Shown: in pieces, positions 9,688 to 18,702 of the stretch
How positions within the stretch are numbered: position 1 is the stretch's first letter
Layout of the letters: each line of letters begins with the position of its first letter
Source of the DNA: Patescibacteria group bacterium
Lineage (GTDB): Bacteria > Patescibacteriota > Patescibacteriia > XYB2-FULL-38-15
DNA: 64,000 nucleotides
Assembly (NCBI GenBank): GCA_041653675.1
Contig: JBAZEY010000006.1
Coordinates: forward strand, 837-64,836
Direction: 5' to 3'
Notes under the pieces: model-generated
Databases searched by the model: none
What the model was told of the DNA's origin: nothing
Seen by the model: the letters and a program-made list of their open reading frames with translations, nothing else
Program-made: the position numbers and the translations under genes

Positions 9688-9900
9688 ATGAAATTAACCA
9701 ATGACAGCTATACAATTTTAATTGGCACCAAAAATTTCACTGAACGTTATTATCGCGACAAAGAGGGATGGGTGAAGATATCAGCACGCGGTAAAATCTT
9801 CCGTATGACTGCCGAACAAGTTTTAAACCATCTCTTACCAGCACTATCTGGAATTAAACCAAACCTCACAACAAAAGTGACCCACAATAAAGGAGAGTAG
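9688..9900 (+). CDS. hypothetical small protein (70 aa), divergent from the MTase operon
   Basis: Preceded by TTGAAA-N14-TGtTATAAT. There is no recognisable domain. Confidence 0.3.
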   Translation: MKLTNDSYTILIGTKNFTERYYRDKEGWVKISARGKIFRMTAEQVLNHLLPALSGIKPNLTTKVTHNKGE

Positions 9901-9959
9901 AATCTATCACCCCATAAACACAAAAACAAAATACCCAACTTGCGTTGGATATTTTGTTT

Positions 9960-9982
9960 TGGCTCGGGAGGTGGGATTCGAA
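9960..9982 (-). repeat. direct repeat of the tRNA-Asn 3' end (23 nt, identical), att-like
   Basis: tggctcgggaggtgggattcgaa is identical to 10086-10108. It lies 103 bp from the intact tRNA in the same orientation. Confidence 0.8.
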
Positions 9983-10085
9983 GGCTCCTCGGTGCGGATT
10001 CTGCCGCAACGACCTGGCGGAGTGTGGGTTCTTTCCGAACCCCAAACAAAATAAAAAACCCAACGCAAGGTTGGGTTCTTTATTT

Positions 10086-10160
10086 TGGCTCGGGAGGTGG
10101 GATTCGAACCCACGACCAACGCGTTAACAGCGCGCTGCTCTACCACTGAGCTACCCCCGA
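10086..10160 (-). tRNA. tRNA-Asn (GTT)
   Basis: Reverse complement folds as a cloverleaf. The 7-bp acceptor stem has one G.U pair, the D-arm is GCTC/GAGC, the anticodon stem is GCGCG/CGCGT with loop CTGTTAA, the T-arm is GTGGG-TTCGAAT-CCCAC, and the 3' end is GCCA. Confidence 0.9.
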
Positions 10161-10202
10161 ATAATGTAATATTTACCAAAATTACTTTGGTTTTATACTT
10201 TA

Positions 10203-11435
10203 TCAATAATCCCTTAATTTTTCAATACCCTTGAACCCTTGCACTTTTTCCAAAGCTTTTGCTTCAATTTGCCGAATGCGTTCGCGGGTTACGCCAAATT
10301 CCTCGCCAACTTCTTCCAAAGTATGCGAAACGCCGTCGGAAAGGCCAAAACGCATTTCCAAAATTTTCTGTTCGCGAGGCAGGAGGTCCTTAATTGCTTC
10401 TTTAACATATTCCCGCAAAAGCTGCAATGCCGCCGCGCGATCCGGAGAAACGTTTTTGAAATCTTCTATAAAATCTTCGAGCACGCTATCTTCATCTTCA
10501 TCGCCGACCGAAGTATCAAGCGAAACCGTGTCTTGGGAAATCTGAATTAAATTTCTAATTTTTTCCACATCCTCGCCCATCTCCGAAGCAATCTCTTCGG
10601 GCAAGGGTTCGCGCCCCAAATCCTGAATCAATTGCCTCGCCACTTGCTGATAACGGTTAATAGTTTCCACCATATGCACCGGAATTCTGATAGTGCGAGA
10701 TTGATCCGCAAGGGCACGCGTCACGGCCTGACGAATCCACCAAGTTGCGTAAGTTGAAAATTTATATCCTTTACTCGGATCAAATTTTTCCACGGCGCGC
10801 ATCAAACCAATATTCCCCTCTTGAATCAAATCTGCCAAAGATAAATTTTTTCCCACGAATTTTTTTGCAATAGAAACAACAAGGCGCAAATTGGCAACCA
10901 TTAATCTCTGCGACGCTTCCTGGTCTCCCTGATCCTTGCGGCGGGCCAAAGCCATTTCTTCTTCAGTCGTTAAAAGCGGCACTTTTCCGATTTCACGAAG
11001 ATACATCTGAATGGAATCGGTAGAAATATCGCCCAAGTCCAATCGCTTCTTTTCTTTACTGACGCCAATATCGGCCAAAAGTTTTTTTCTCTCTTCAGTG
11101 CGCCCCAAAATATCAGATTTAACTTCCACCACAGAAATTCCGGCCTCATCAATTTTATCTAAAAATTCTTCGTATTTTTTTATGTAATTTTCCAAATCGG
11201 CGAAAGTGAAAAGGATTTCCGAATCAGTCAAAAAACCTCTCATGCGGCCCTTGTCCAAGAGAGTTTTTATCGTTTCATCGCTTGGCGGAAGAATTTTTGG
11301 TGCGACGACTCTGGCGACTTTTTTCGCCTTAATTTTCTTTCCACCTCGTTTGGCTATCTTTTTCTTCCCGCCCGATTTTTTAATTTTTTTCACGCCGCCC
11401 TTCTTCTTCGGCCGACGCACTTTTTTAGTTTTCAT
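10203..11435 (-). CDS. rpoD: RNA polymerase sigma-70 factor RpoD
   Basis: Regions 2-4 are present ([34 protein letters not shown] region 4.2). The N-terminal 40 aa are Lys-rich. Confidence 0.9.
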   Translation of the reverse strand: MKTKKVRRPKKKGGVKKIKKSGGKKKIAKRGGKKIKAKKVARVVAPKILPPSDETIKTLLDKGRMRGFLTDSEILFTFADLENYIKKYEEFLDKIDEAGISVVEVKSDILGRTEERKKLLADIGVSKEKKRLDLGDISTDSIQMYLREIGKVPLLTTEEEMALARRKDQGDQEASQRLMVANLRLVVSIAKKFVGKNLSLADLIQEGNIGLMRAVEKFDPSKGYKFSTYATWWIRQAVTRALADQSRTIRIPVHMVETINRYQQVARQLIQDLGREPLPEEIASEMGEDVEKIRNLIQISQDTVSLDTSVGDEDEDSVLEDFIEDFKNVSPDRAAALQLLREYVKEAIKDLLPREQKILEMRFGLSDGVSHTLEEVGEEFGVTRERIRQIEAKALEKVQGFKGIEKLRDY

Positions 11436-11522
11436 CTATTTAAAATGGTCAAAATTTTAATCAAATCGTTAGCCGCCAAAAACAAATTACAAAACTCCCC
11501 TCCCCGCTTTATTTTTCTGCTA

Positions 11523-13322
11523 TTAAATATTTATCAACTTATTAAATTCTTCAGCCAGTTCTTTTATCCGACCGAGTTCTTTATTCTCTTCAGCTTTTTT
11601 CATCTCGGTTTGCAGCCGCCTTTGTTCATTTTTGATATAGCCTTCGCGTAAGGACTTAGCATTCTGTAAAATTTCATTTCCGATTTCTTCCTCACTAAAT
11701 TCGGCAAAATCTTTTTCCGCCAAAAGAAACAAACTCGCGATGTATTTTTTTTCATTCGGATCGTCTGAAACACCCAACATAACACTCTCCAAATCCGTTT
11801 TATCCACAGACTTATTATAATACAAAATCAGGTTTTTGTAAATTTCCCCCGACAAGCGATCCGGAAACATAAACGGCTCAAGATACGGGATAGCCAAAGA
11901 GAATTGGTTGGGATATTTAAAAACTAAAGCAATGAATCTTTCCGCGATAAGTGAGGGACGATTTTTTACCGCAGTGGCGACATTTTTTTTATCAGATACA
12001 GCCGGACCGGCCGCGATTTTTTCATGGGGCAGAGATTCCCGCAAAACCTGCTCGGGCACTCCCAAAATATTTCCCAACTTTTCCAGATAAAAATTTTGCT
12101 CAACTTTATCGGGAATTTTTATTAATTCCGCAAGCAATGTTTTCGCCGCCTTCTTTTTATCTTCAACTTTTCGTAAATCAAGCCCGTTCAGAGTTTTTTT
12201 AATATAATAATCCATGAAGGCCATGGAATTCGCAATCGCGTCGCGCCAAAGAGCCGGATCTTTTTTAATATAGTCATCCGGATCTTTTCCAATTTCGGGC
12301 GTTAGCATTATAACTTTGATGTTAATTCCCTCTTTTAAGGCAACATCGATTCCGCGCATCGCCGCCGTATTGCCGGCAAGATCCGCGTCAAAAGAAATCG
12401 CTAAATTCGGCGAATATCTTTTTAATAAATTCACTTGCTCAATGGTCATTGCCGTGCCGGACGATGCCACAACGTTTTGCACGCCAGCCTGATGCGAAGC
12501 AATAACATCCATATTCCCCTCAACCATCACCGCCAAATTTTCTTTTTTAATTTCCTGTTTGGCAAAATCCAAACCATAAATCACGCGGCTCTTGTCATAC
12601 ACCAAAGTCTGGGGTGTGTTCACATATTTTCCACCAGCATTTTCTTTTTTCTCCGCCTCGGGCATTAAGCGCGCCGTAAACCCGATAACGTGGCCGTGAA
12701 TATCACGAATAGGAAACATTATTCTCCCTCGAAAACGATCATAAAATCCCGAACCGCGTTCTTTTTTTACAGAAAGCCCTGCCAAAAAAATATCATTTTC
12801 CGTAAACCCCTTGCCACGCAAAAAATTTATGGCGCTATCCCAGGAATTCGGCGCGAAGCCAAGAAAAAATTTCTCTACCGTTTCCTCGGTCAGCGCCCGT
12901 TTCCCAAAAAGATAATTTCTCGCCCCTTCGGCTTCGGGTATTTTTAATAAATTGTAATGATAAAATCTTGCCGCCGCTTCCAAAATATCAAGCAATTTTG
13001 TTTTTTGATTACTCAAACTTTTATCTTCGTAGCGAAGTGTCACACCAGCCCGCTTCGCCAAAATTTTTAAAGCCTCGGGAAATTCAATATTTTCAATTTT
13101 CTGGACAAAACTTATTACGTCACCGCCCTCACCGCAGCCAAAACAATGCCAAATCTGCTTATCCTTGGAAACCATAAAAGAAGGCGTCTTCTCGTTATGA
13201 AACGGACAAAGACCCTTCCAATTACCACCCGCCTGCTTCATGTTGGACACGTATTCACCAATAACTTCAACAATGTCCAGGCGGTTTTTAATTTCCTCAA
13301 CTTGCGAATCGGGCATAAACAA
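11523..13322 (-). CDS. dnaG: DNA primase DnaG
   Basis: Zinc ribbon CPFHNEKTPSF...HCFGCG and a TOPRIM domain (MVEGNMDVIA). It forms the classic dnaG-rpoD arrangement. Confidence 0.9.
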   Translation of the reverse strand: MFMPDSQVEEIKNRLDIVEVIGEYVSNMKQAGGNWKGLCPFHNEKTPSFMVSKDKQIWHCFGCGEGGDVISFVQKIENIEFPEALKILAKRAGVTLRYEDKSLSNQKTKLLDILEAAARFYHYNLLKIPEAEGARNYLFGKRALTEETVEKFFLGFAPNSWDSAINFLRGKGFTENDIFLAGLSVKKERGSGFYDRFRGRIMFPIRDIHGHVIGFTARLMPEAEKKENAGGKYVNTPQTLVYDKSRVIYGLDFAKQEIKKENLAVMVEGNMDVIASHQAGVQNVVASSGTAMTIEQVNLLKRYSPNLAISFDADLAGNTAAMRGIDVALKEGINIKVIMLTPEIGKDPDDYIKKDPALWRDAIANSMAFMDYYIKKTLNGLDLRKVEDKKKAAKTLLAELIKIPDKVEQNFYLEKLGNILGVPEQVLRESLPHEKIAAGPAVSDKKNVATAVKNRPSLIAERFIALVFKYPNQFSLAIPYLEPFMFPDRLSGEIYKNLILYYNKSVDKTDLESVMLGVSDDPNEKKYIASLFLLAEKDFAEFSEEEIGNEILQNAKSLREGYIKNEQRRLQTEMKKAEENKELGRIKELAEEFNKLINI

Positions 13323-13331
13323 TCTATGCTG

Positions 13332-14396
13332 TTAATTTATTTCTATTTCTCTGCCACAATAAGGGCATTTAAATGGCGACCTATAATTATAACAAGTAGT
13401 TGCATACGTTACTCTTGATGAATAAAAACGATTAAGAGAATCCTTATTATATCCATATTCAGAAAGTTCTTTTTCTATATTTTTACCACAAAATGGACAA
13501 AATTTTCTTTCCGCTTCTATTACATTTGAAATACGGAACGTCCCGAAATCATTGTTTAATGAAGAAGAAAATGGCAAATTGATGCCCGATGAAACAGACG
13601 CTAAAGCGGGCGGCTCTATGCCACAATTAATTGTTCTATAAGTTCTATCAAATTTTTTCTTTTGTTCTTCTGTATAATTTTCCTTAAATTCCTTATCCAG
13701 CATATCAAGCGGGTTTTTGTACCCACTTATTTTTATATTTTCAACATTAGTCTTTTTTATAGATGTTTTTACTCCCTCATTTAATAATTTTTTTCCACAA
13801 TCTTCAAAATAATCTTTATCATCTACGCATAAAATACATTTTTGTTTCTTATCAATTTTGCTATCTTCCAAAAATTTTAAAAAAGATTCAAATGCAATAC
13901 AATCGAGGTCTTTCACATAAGCCGTTTTTCTGGGGTTCTCCGTCCATGGTGGTTCCTTTAACGAAGATCTCACCATGCCCCGAATTAAGATATCACCAGT
14001 TAATGGAATCTTTTTTGTATTTTTATGACTCATAATCCGCTTAATAATATCCTCGTTGGATCGCTCAATGTCTTCTACGGATTTTACGTTGTCTTTTATG
14101 CTTTTCGTAATTTTTTCATGTATTTTTTTGAACTGGTCTTTCTCCTTTGAAGACCCAAAAATTTTAGATGAATCTATGCAATTAATATTATCCTTTATTT
14201 CTTTAAATATTTTTTTATGTTCATCGAATATTTCTTTTTCAATTACTTCTGGAACAACAAGAACCATCTTACCGCTATCAACCTTATTTTCAATTTTTTT
14301 CAAAACATCTATATCTAAATCATCTATCTGTTCCAAGGCACAACTAATAAAAATATTTGTATCAATAAAGACTATTTGGGGTAGATTTCTTCTCAT
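13332..14396 (-). CDS. PIN-like domain protein with C-terminal zinc ribbon, function unknown
   Basis: N-terminus IVFIDTNIFISCAL resembles the first PIN acidic motif. The C-terminus has CPFCG...(x18)...CPYCG. Confidence 0.5.
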   Translation of the reverse strand: MRRNLPQIVFIDTNIFISCALEQIDDLDIDVLKKIENKVDSGKMVLVVPEVIEKEIFDEHKKIFKEIKDNINCIDSSKIFGSSKEKDQFKKIHEKITKSIKDNVKSVEDIERSNEDIIKRIMSHKNTKKIPLTGDILIRGMVRSSLKEPPWTENPRKTAYVKDLDCIAFESFLKFLEDSKIDKKQKCILCVDDKDYFEDCGKKLLNEGVKTSIKKTNVENIKISGYKNPLDMLDKEFKENYTEEQKKKFDRTYRTINCGIEPPALASVSSGINLPFSSSLNNDFGTFRISNVIEAERKFCPFCGKNIEKELSEYGYNKDSLNRFYSSRVTYATTCYNYRSPFKCPYCGREIEIN

Positions 14397-14421
14397 AGAA
14401 TTCGCTTTTAATAGCTAAAAA

Positions 14422-14430
14422 TGATATAAT
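14422..14430 (+). promoter_or_regulatory. extended -10 (TGaTATAAT) for the glucan phosphorylase gene
   Basis: TGATATAAT lies 55 nt upstream of the ATG at 14485. Confidence 0.3.
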
Positions 14431-14484
14431 ATTTAAATTCATTTGCTCTAATATTGTAGTTTAAATTTCATTTTTAGTAAAGGT

Positions 14485-16176
14485 ATGGCTGATAAAAAAA
14501 TTCCTGAGTTAAAAAACCTGACGAACGAACCGAAAATCGCTTATTTTACGATGGAAATCGGGCTTCGCGAAGAAATTCCAACTTATAGCGGAGGTTTAGG
14601 AATTTTGGCCGGAGATGCAACAAAATCCGCGGCAGATTTGGAGATTCCTTTTATCGCCGTCACGCTTTTAAATCACAAAGGATATTTTACGCAAGAATTG
14701 ACGCGCAATGGCCAACAAATTGAACATCCGGTAAAATGGAATCCAAAAAAATATTTAAAACCATTGCCTTTCACAACCGAGGTGCATATTCACAGGCGGC
14801 GGGTCGTAATTAAACCCTGGCTTTATACCATCCGGGGCGCCAGCGGAGCAAAGGTTCATGTTTTGTTTTTGGACACCGATCTTAAAGAAAATATTTTGAA
14901 AGACAGAAAAATTTCTTATTTTCTCTACGGGGGCGACGCGAAATATCGGCTGAAACAGGAAATTGTTTTGGGTGTAGGCGGCGCGCGCATTTTAAAAATC
15001 CTCGGCGTTGATGTCAAAAAATATCACATGAACGAAGGCCATGCCGCGTTTTTAACTTTGGAACTTTTGCGGATGAATAATTTTAATCTGGAAGAAACGC
15101 GAAAAAAATGTGTCTTCACAACCCATACGCCAGTAGCTGCCGGGCATGATCATTTTGATTACGCGCTCGCGGAAGAACAAATGGAAGCGCTTGTCGCGCC
15201 GGAGCTTCTCCAAAAACTTTGCGGCAAAGAAAATTTAAACATGACTCGCCTCGCCTTTAACATGAGCCATTACGTAAACGGCGTGGCCAAGCGGCATAAA
15301 GAAATCTCTGAAAAAATGTTTCCAGGATACGAAATTCACGCTATTACAAACGGCGTTCATTCTTACACCTGGACTCATCCGGCTTTTCGCAGACTTTATG
15401 ATAAATATCTGGCGGGATGGGAATCTGAGCCAGAACTCTTTATTCGCGCCCCGATAATTCCCAATGAAGAAATCTGGGCGTCGCGCAATAAGGCAAAAAA
15501 AGATTTGATTGATTACGTAAATCGTTTGACTGGCGTCGGCATGAAAAAAGATGTTTTAACTATTGGTTTTGCCCGTCGCGCTACGGCTTATAAACGCCAT
15601 AATTTTATTTTCAGAGATTTGGAACGCCTTGAAGAAATTGCTAAAAAATTTCCTTTGCAAATAATTTTTGCCGGCAAAGCTCATCCGCGCGATCTTGGCG
15701 GAAAAAAAATAATTAAAGAAGTTTTCCAAAATATCAGAAAACTTAAGGGAAAAATCAAAATAGTTTATCTTGCGAACTACAACATTGAAATGGCGAAAAA
15801 AATAACTTCCGGTGTTGACGTTTGGCTGAATAATCCCGAACGGCCGATGGAAGCCTCGGGAACTTCGGGAATGAAAGCGGCACATAACGGCGTCGTGAAT
15901 TTTTCTGTTTTAGACGGCTGGTGGCTTGAGGGGTTTGTGGAGGGCGTGACCGGCTGGGCAATCGGACCAAAGCCTGACGAAAAAATAAGCCCAGCGGCGG
16001 CGGAAAAAAGAGAATTGGATGATTTATACAATAAACTTGAATATACAATTTTACCGATGTATTATGAACGCCGCGATGAATGGATGACAATGGTGGAAAA
16101 TTCTATCAGCAAATTAGCTTATTATTTTAATACTCACCGCATGATGCGACGATATGTCCTTTATGCGTATCTATAA
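14485..16176 (+). CDS. glgP: alpha-glucan (glycogen/maltodextrin) phosphorylase, GT35
   Basis: PLP-site motif EASGTSGMKAAHNG and an archaeal/short-type N-terminal domain. Confidence 0.8.
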   Translation: MADKKIPELKNLTNEPKIAYFTMEIGLREEIPTYSGGLGILAGDATKSAADLEIPFIAVTLLNHKGYFTQELTRNGQQIEHPVKWNPKKYLKPLPFTTEVHIHRRRVVIKPWLYTIRGASGAKVHVLFLDTDLKENILKDRKISYFLYGGDAKYRLKQEIVLGVGGARILKILGVDVKKYHMNEGHAAFLTLELLRMNNFNLEETRKKCVFTTHTPVAAGHDHFDYALAEEQMEALVAPELLQKLCGKENLNMTRLAFNMSHYVNGVAKRHKEISEKMFPGYEIHAITNGVHSYTWTHPAFRRLYDKYLAGWESEPELFIRAPIIPNEEIWASRNKAKKDLIDYVNRLTGVGMKKDVLTIGFARRATAYKRHNFIFRDLERLEEIAKKFPLQIIFAGKAHPRDLGGKKIIKEVFQNIRKLKGKIKIVYLANYNIEMAKKITSGVDVWLNNPERPMEASGTSGMKAAHNGVVNFSVLDGWWLEGFVEGVTGWAIGPKPDEKISPAAAEKRELDDLYNKLEYTILPMYYERRDEWMTMVENSISKLAYYFNTHRMMRRYVLYAYL

Positions 16177-16178
16177 AT

Positions 16179-16886
16179 ATGCGACAAGAAGAATTACAAG
16201 AAATTAAAAAAAATCCGGCGTTAATCGCCAAATATATTGACCATACCGAAGTCAGCCCGAATTCCACTGCCGCCGACATTAAAAAACTTTGCGCCGAAGC
16301 GAAAAAATACGGATTTTATTTGGCTATGGTTTTGCCTTATTACGCGCCGCTCGCGAAAAAATTATTGCGCGGCACAAAAATAAAAATCGGTGTGGTAATG
16401 GGTTTTCCTTTTGGCGCGCAATGTACCGAGGCGAAACTCGCGGAAATGAAAAAGGCATTTCCTTTTGCTGATGAATTTGATTTTGTTATAAACCGCCAAG
16501 CCTTGAAAAATAAAGATTATGGATTTATTCTGAAAGAGCTAAAAACTTTGGCCCGGGCGAAACGCGGAAAAATTATGAAAGTTATCATTGAATCACCGGA
16601 ACTCACGAACACAGAAATTTATAAAGCCTCACAGTTAATTTTGGCCTCCGGCGCCGATTTTGTAAAAACCGCAGTGGGTTTACGCGGCGGCGCGAAAATT
16701 TCCGACGTTAAAATAATGAAAAAAGTTGTGGGTGATAAAATAAAAATTAAAGCTTCCGGCGGAATTAAAAATTTCAAAACCGCTCTCGCGTTTCTCGCCG
16801 CCGGAGCCTCGCGGCTAGGAACTTCGCACGGCGTGGAAATCGTCAAAGGCGGATCGAGCAGTAAGAAAAGTTATTTTCACGAATGA
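16179..16886 (+). CDS. deoC: deoxyribose-phosphate aldolase-like class I aldolase
   Basis: GADFVKTAVG...IKASGGI matches DeoC Schiff-base lysine context. Confidence 0.65.
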   Translation: MRQEELQEIKKNPALIAKYIDHTEVSPNSTAADIKKLCAEAKKYGFYLAMVLPYYAPLAKKLLRGTKIKIGVVMGFPFGAQCTEAKLAEMKKAFPFADEFDFVINRQALKNKDYGFILKELKTLARAKRGKIMKVIIESPELTNTEIYKASQLILASGADFVKTAVGLRGGAKISDVKIMKKVVGDKIKIKASGGIKNFKTALAFLAAGASRLGTSHGVEIVKGGSSSKKSYFHE

Positions 16887-17521
16887 AAACATTAACTATA
16901 AAAATAAATCCACGGAATCCGGAAAAAGAAAAAATAGAAATAGCCGCCCAAATTTTAAAAGAGGGCGGTTTAGTTGTTTTTCCCACGGATACGGTTTACG
17001 GCCTAGCCGCTGATGCAAAAAATCCGCGGGCGGTTAAAAAAATATTTAAAGTCAAAAAAAGGCCGCTCTCTAATCCCCTGCCCATTTTAATCGCGAGAAA
17101 AACTGATCTCAGAAAATACACGAAAGAGACATCAGCGAAAATAAAAAGATTAACTGATAAGTTCTGGCCAGGTCCATTGACGCTTATCTTACTAAAGAAA
17201 AAAAATATTTCAAATATTGTGACTGCCGGCCTTCCCCGCGTAGGTGTGCGCGTACCAGATAATGCCGTGGCCCTCGCATTAATCCAGGCATTCGGCCGAC
17301 CGCTCGCCACGACCTCCGCAAACATCGCAGGTAAACCGAGCCCGGCCACCTCACGCGGCGTCAAAAAATATCTGAATAATAAAATAGATTTGATCCTGGA
17401 CGGTGGAAAAACCAAACTCGGCCAAGAATCCACTGTTTTAGATTGTAGCGCTTCGCCGCCAACTTTTCTCCGCTCCGGCGCGATTCCGACAAAAAAACTG
17501 AAAAAACTTATTTCAAATTAA
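16883..17521 (+). CDS. tsaC: L-threonylcarbamoyladenylate synthase (YrdC/Sua5 family)
   Basis: GGLVVFPTDTVYGLAADA...NPLPILIA is the YrdC signature. Confidence 0.85.
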   Translation: MKTLTIKINPRNPEKEKIEIAAQILKEGGLVVFPTDTVYGLAADAKNPRAVKKIFKVKKRPLSNPLPILIARKTDLRKYTKETSAKIKRLTDKFWPGPLTLILLKKKNISNIVTAGLPRVGVRVPDNAVALALIQAFGRPLATTSANIAGKPSPATSRGVKKYLNNKIDLILDGGKTKLGQESTVLDCSASPPTFLRSGAIPTKKLKKLISN

Positions 17522-17524
17522 AAC

Positions 17525-17553
17525 GGGGTTGCAAGAAAGATTCTTACAACCCC
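17525..17553. terminator. bidirectional hairpin shared by convergent tsaC and the GC-island gene
   Basis: GGGGTTGCAAGAAAGATTCTTACAACCCC forms a 7+5-bp stem. Confidence 0.55.
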
Positions 17554-17561
17554 AGACGACC

Positions 17562-17885
17562 TCAATCCCATGGGCCTCCTTTCAGCATATCCTCGGTGCG
17601 GCCGCAGCAAGAGCAACGAGCAAGATACCAGTTCACGACGTGTTCTTTCTGCCGTCCGCAGATCTTGCATACATGTGTTACCACTTCCTGCATCCGCTGC
17701 ATCGCCCTCCCGCAGCATCGAGTGAGCGTGTAGTTCTTCTTGAGTCCCCAAAGTCTTGGGGCGGGCTCAATCCGTTTCTCGCCGATCTGCTCCCAGTCCG
17801 GCTCATGTCCCACACACTTGCTGTGAACGCACGAACCGTTGTGGACATGCAGCTCGCAAGGAACTCCCTGGTTGGCATTGGCCAT
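17562..17885 (-). CDS. Cys-rich hypothetical protein (107 aa; CxxxC, CCGR, CKICGR, CSCCGR motifs) in GC-rich island a
   Basis: Strong SD AAAGGAGGG lies 7 nt before the ATG. GC content is far above that of neighbouring genes. Confidence 0.55.
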   Translation of the reverse strand: MANANQGVPCELHVHNGSCVHSKCVGHEPDWEQIGEKRIEPAPRLWGLKKNYTLTRCCGRAMQRMQEVVTHVCKICGRQKEHVVNWYLARCSCCGRTEDMLKGGPWD

Positions 17886-17929
17886 CGCAATCCCTCCTTT
17901 TCGCCTCCCATTTTTGGGTGCTGATTAAT

Positions 17930-17958
17930 AGTGTATACAAAAATCATAAAAAGTCAAG
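17930..17958 (-). promoter_or_regulatory. putative sigma70 promoter (TTGACT -35) for the Cys-rich gene
   Basis: TTGACT lies 60 nt upstream of the start. The -10 is ambiguous (TATACA or TACACT). Confidence 0.3.
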
Positions 17959-18009
17959 CCCACAGCGGAATAACAAAAAACGGACCGAATGGCCCGTTTT
18001 ATATACAAC

Positions 18010-18038
18010 CTTGACAAAATCCTTCAAACTAAATAACA
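18010..18038 (+). promoter_or_regulatory. sigma70 promoter TTGACA-N17-TAACAT for the RHH gene
   Basis: Consensus -35 with 17-nt spacing, followed by SD GAAGGAGG and a GTG start. Confidence 0.45.
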
Positions 18039-18060
18039 TAGCTTTAGAAGGAGGAATAAC

Positions 18061-18315
18061 GTGGCGAAATCACGGAAACCATCAGTCGAACTGAAGAACC
18101 ACATCATCTCTGTGCGCATACTGGGCTCCCATCTGGAGGCGCTGGAAGCCCTGGCCAGAGTCGACGACACAACGTTGGGAGAGCAAATCCGAAAAGCGCT
18201 CAACCGATACGTGGCGAAACGCATCCGCAACAAAAACTTCCAGAAACAACTCCTGGCCTACAAGAGAAGGATGAAGGCACTCCTCAACGTGCTGAGGAAG
18301 AAACCCGGCGACTAG
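18061..18315 (+). CDS. ribbon-helix-helix (CopG/Arc-like) DNA-binding protein, GTG start
   Basis: N-terminal KNHIISVRILGSHLEALEALARV fits a beta-strand plus helix RHH pattern. It sits in GC-rich island a. Confidence 0.5.
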   Translation: MAKSRKPSVELKNHIISVRILGSHLEALEALARVDDTTLGEQIRKALNRYVAKRIRNKNFQKQLLAYKRRMKALLNVLRKKPGD

Positions 18316-18347
18316 GAGGTCGCCGCCGCCATATTCAACCGGGTTTG

Positions 18348-18375
18348 CCAGTTTACCAAAAACTGGCGTTTTTTT
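18348..18375. terminator. intrinsic terminator (CCAGTTTACCAAAAACTGG + T7)
   Basis: Hairpin followed by TTTTTTT. It serves the RHH gene and the convergent membrane-protein gene. Confidence 0.55.
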
Positions 18376-18688
18376 ATTTCACCAAAAGATTGATTACAAA
18401 CGCCACCAAAAGAATCACAAATAAATTCGCTACGGTAAAAAGAAGCATTTTCACGGCTTCTTTTTTAGCGTTATCAAACCAAAGATAAACCGGCCGGCCA
18501 AAAACTAAAAGTCCGCAGACGAGGGCGGAAAAAACGAAGAGCAAGAGAAACGTGACCGGTCCCCAATAATTTTCCATTTGACCAAAAATTTTTTCGCCGT
18601 TCGTCATGACCAAAACCACAAGCATTACGTAAGCGAAAACTCCGACCGCGTTCGCCGCGGACCACAACCAAATTTTCTGATTTTTCAT
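18374..18688 (-). CDS. hypothetical membrane protein (3 TM)
   Basis: Hydrophobic 104-aa ORF in the host-GC range. Confidence 0.4.
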   Translation of the reverse strand: MKNQKIWLWSAANAVGVFAYVMLVVLVMTNGEKIFGQMENYWGPVTFLLLFVFSALVCGLLVFGRPVYLWFDNAKKEAVKMLLFTVANLFVILLVAFVINLLVK

Positions 18689-18702
18689 AGATTTTTTAAT
18701 TA

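Noticed and set aside
9958-10032. A possible second tRNA or pseudo-tRNA between the MTase island and tRNA-Asn
   Set aside because: Only the last 23 nt (T-loop 3' half and acceptor 3' strand) match. The upstream sequence cannot form a T-stem, anticodon or D arms. It is therefore a 3'-end duplication, not a tRNA gene.
9907-10206. ORF-track ORFs overlapping the tRNA-Asn region (9907..10206, 9940..10149, 9945..10127, 9750..10063) and tRNA-Ser region (25288..25542)
   Set aside because: They run through tRNA genes, hairpins and terminators. They have no SD. They are translation artefacts of GC-richer RNA-gene sequence.
600-16471. Numerous short ORFs antisense to or nested in clear housekeeping genes (for example 600..866, 1353..1610, 1850..2095, 3011..3301, 4276..4509, 5047..5420, 5426..5878, 9029..9292, 10231..10550, 11206..11460, 11908..12202, 12435..13418, 13763..14418, 15556..16090, 16289..16471)
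   Set aside because: They lie entirely inside longer, motif-bearing ORFs on the opposite strand or frame. They show low-complexity composition typical of antisense reading of AT-rich genes.
17518-18233. Multiple overlapping ORFs on both strands inside GC-rich islands (for example 17518..17751, 17529..17924, 17678..17947, 46447..46977, 46496..47036, 47168..47767, 47233..47624, 55537..56127, 56442..57143, 57159..57553, 58257..59237, 58480..59508, 59662..60339)
   Set aside because: High GC suppresses stop codons in all frames. None of these has an SD-ATG arrangement. They overlap the SD-preceded, signal-peptide-bearing genes chosen instead.
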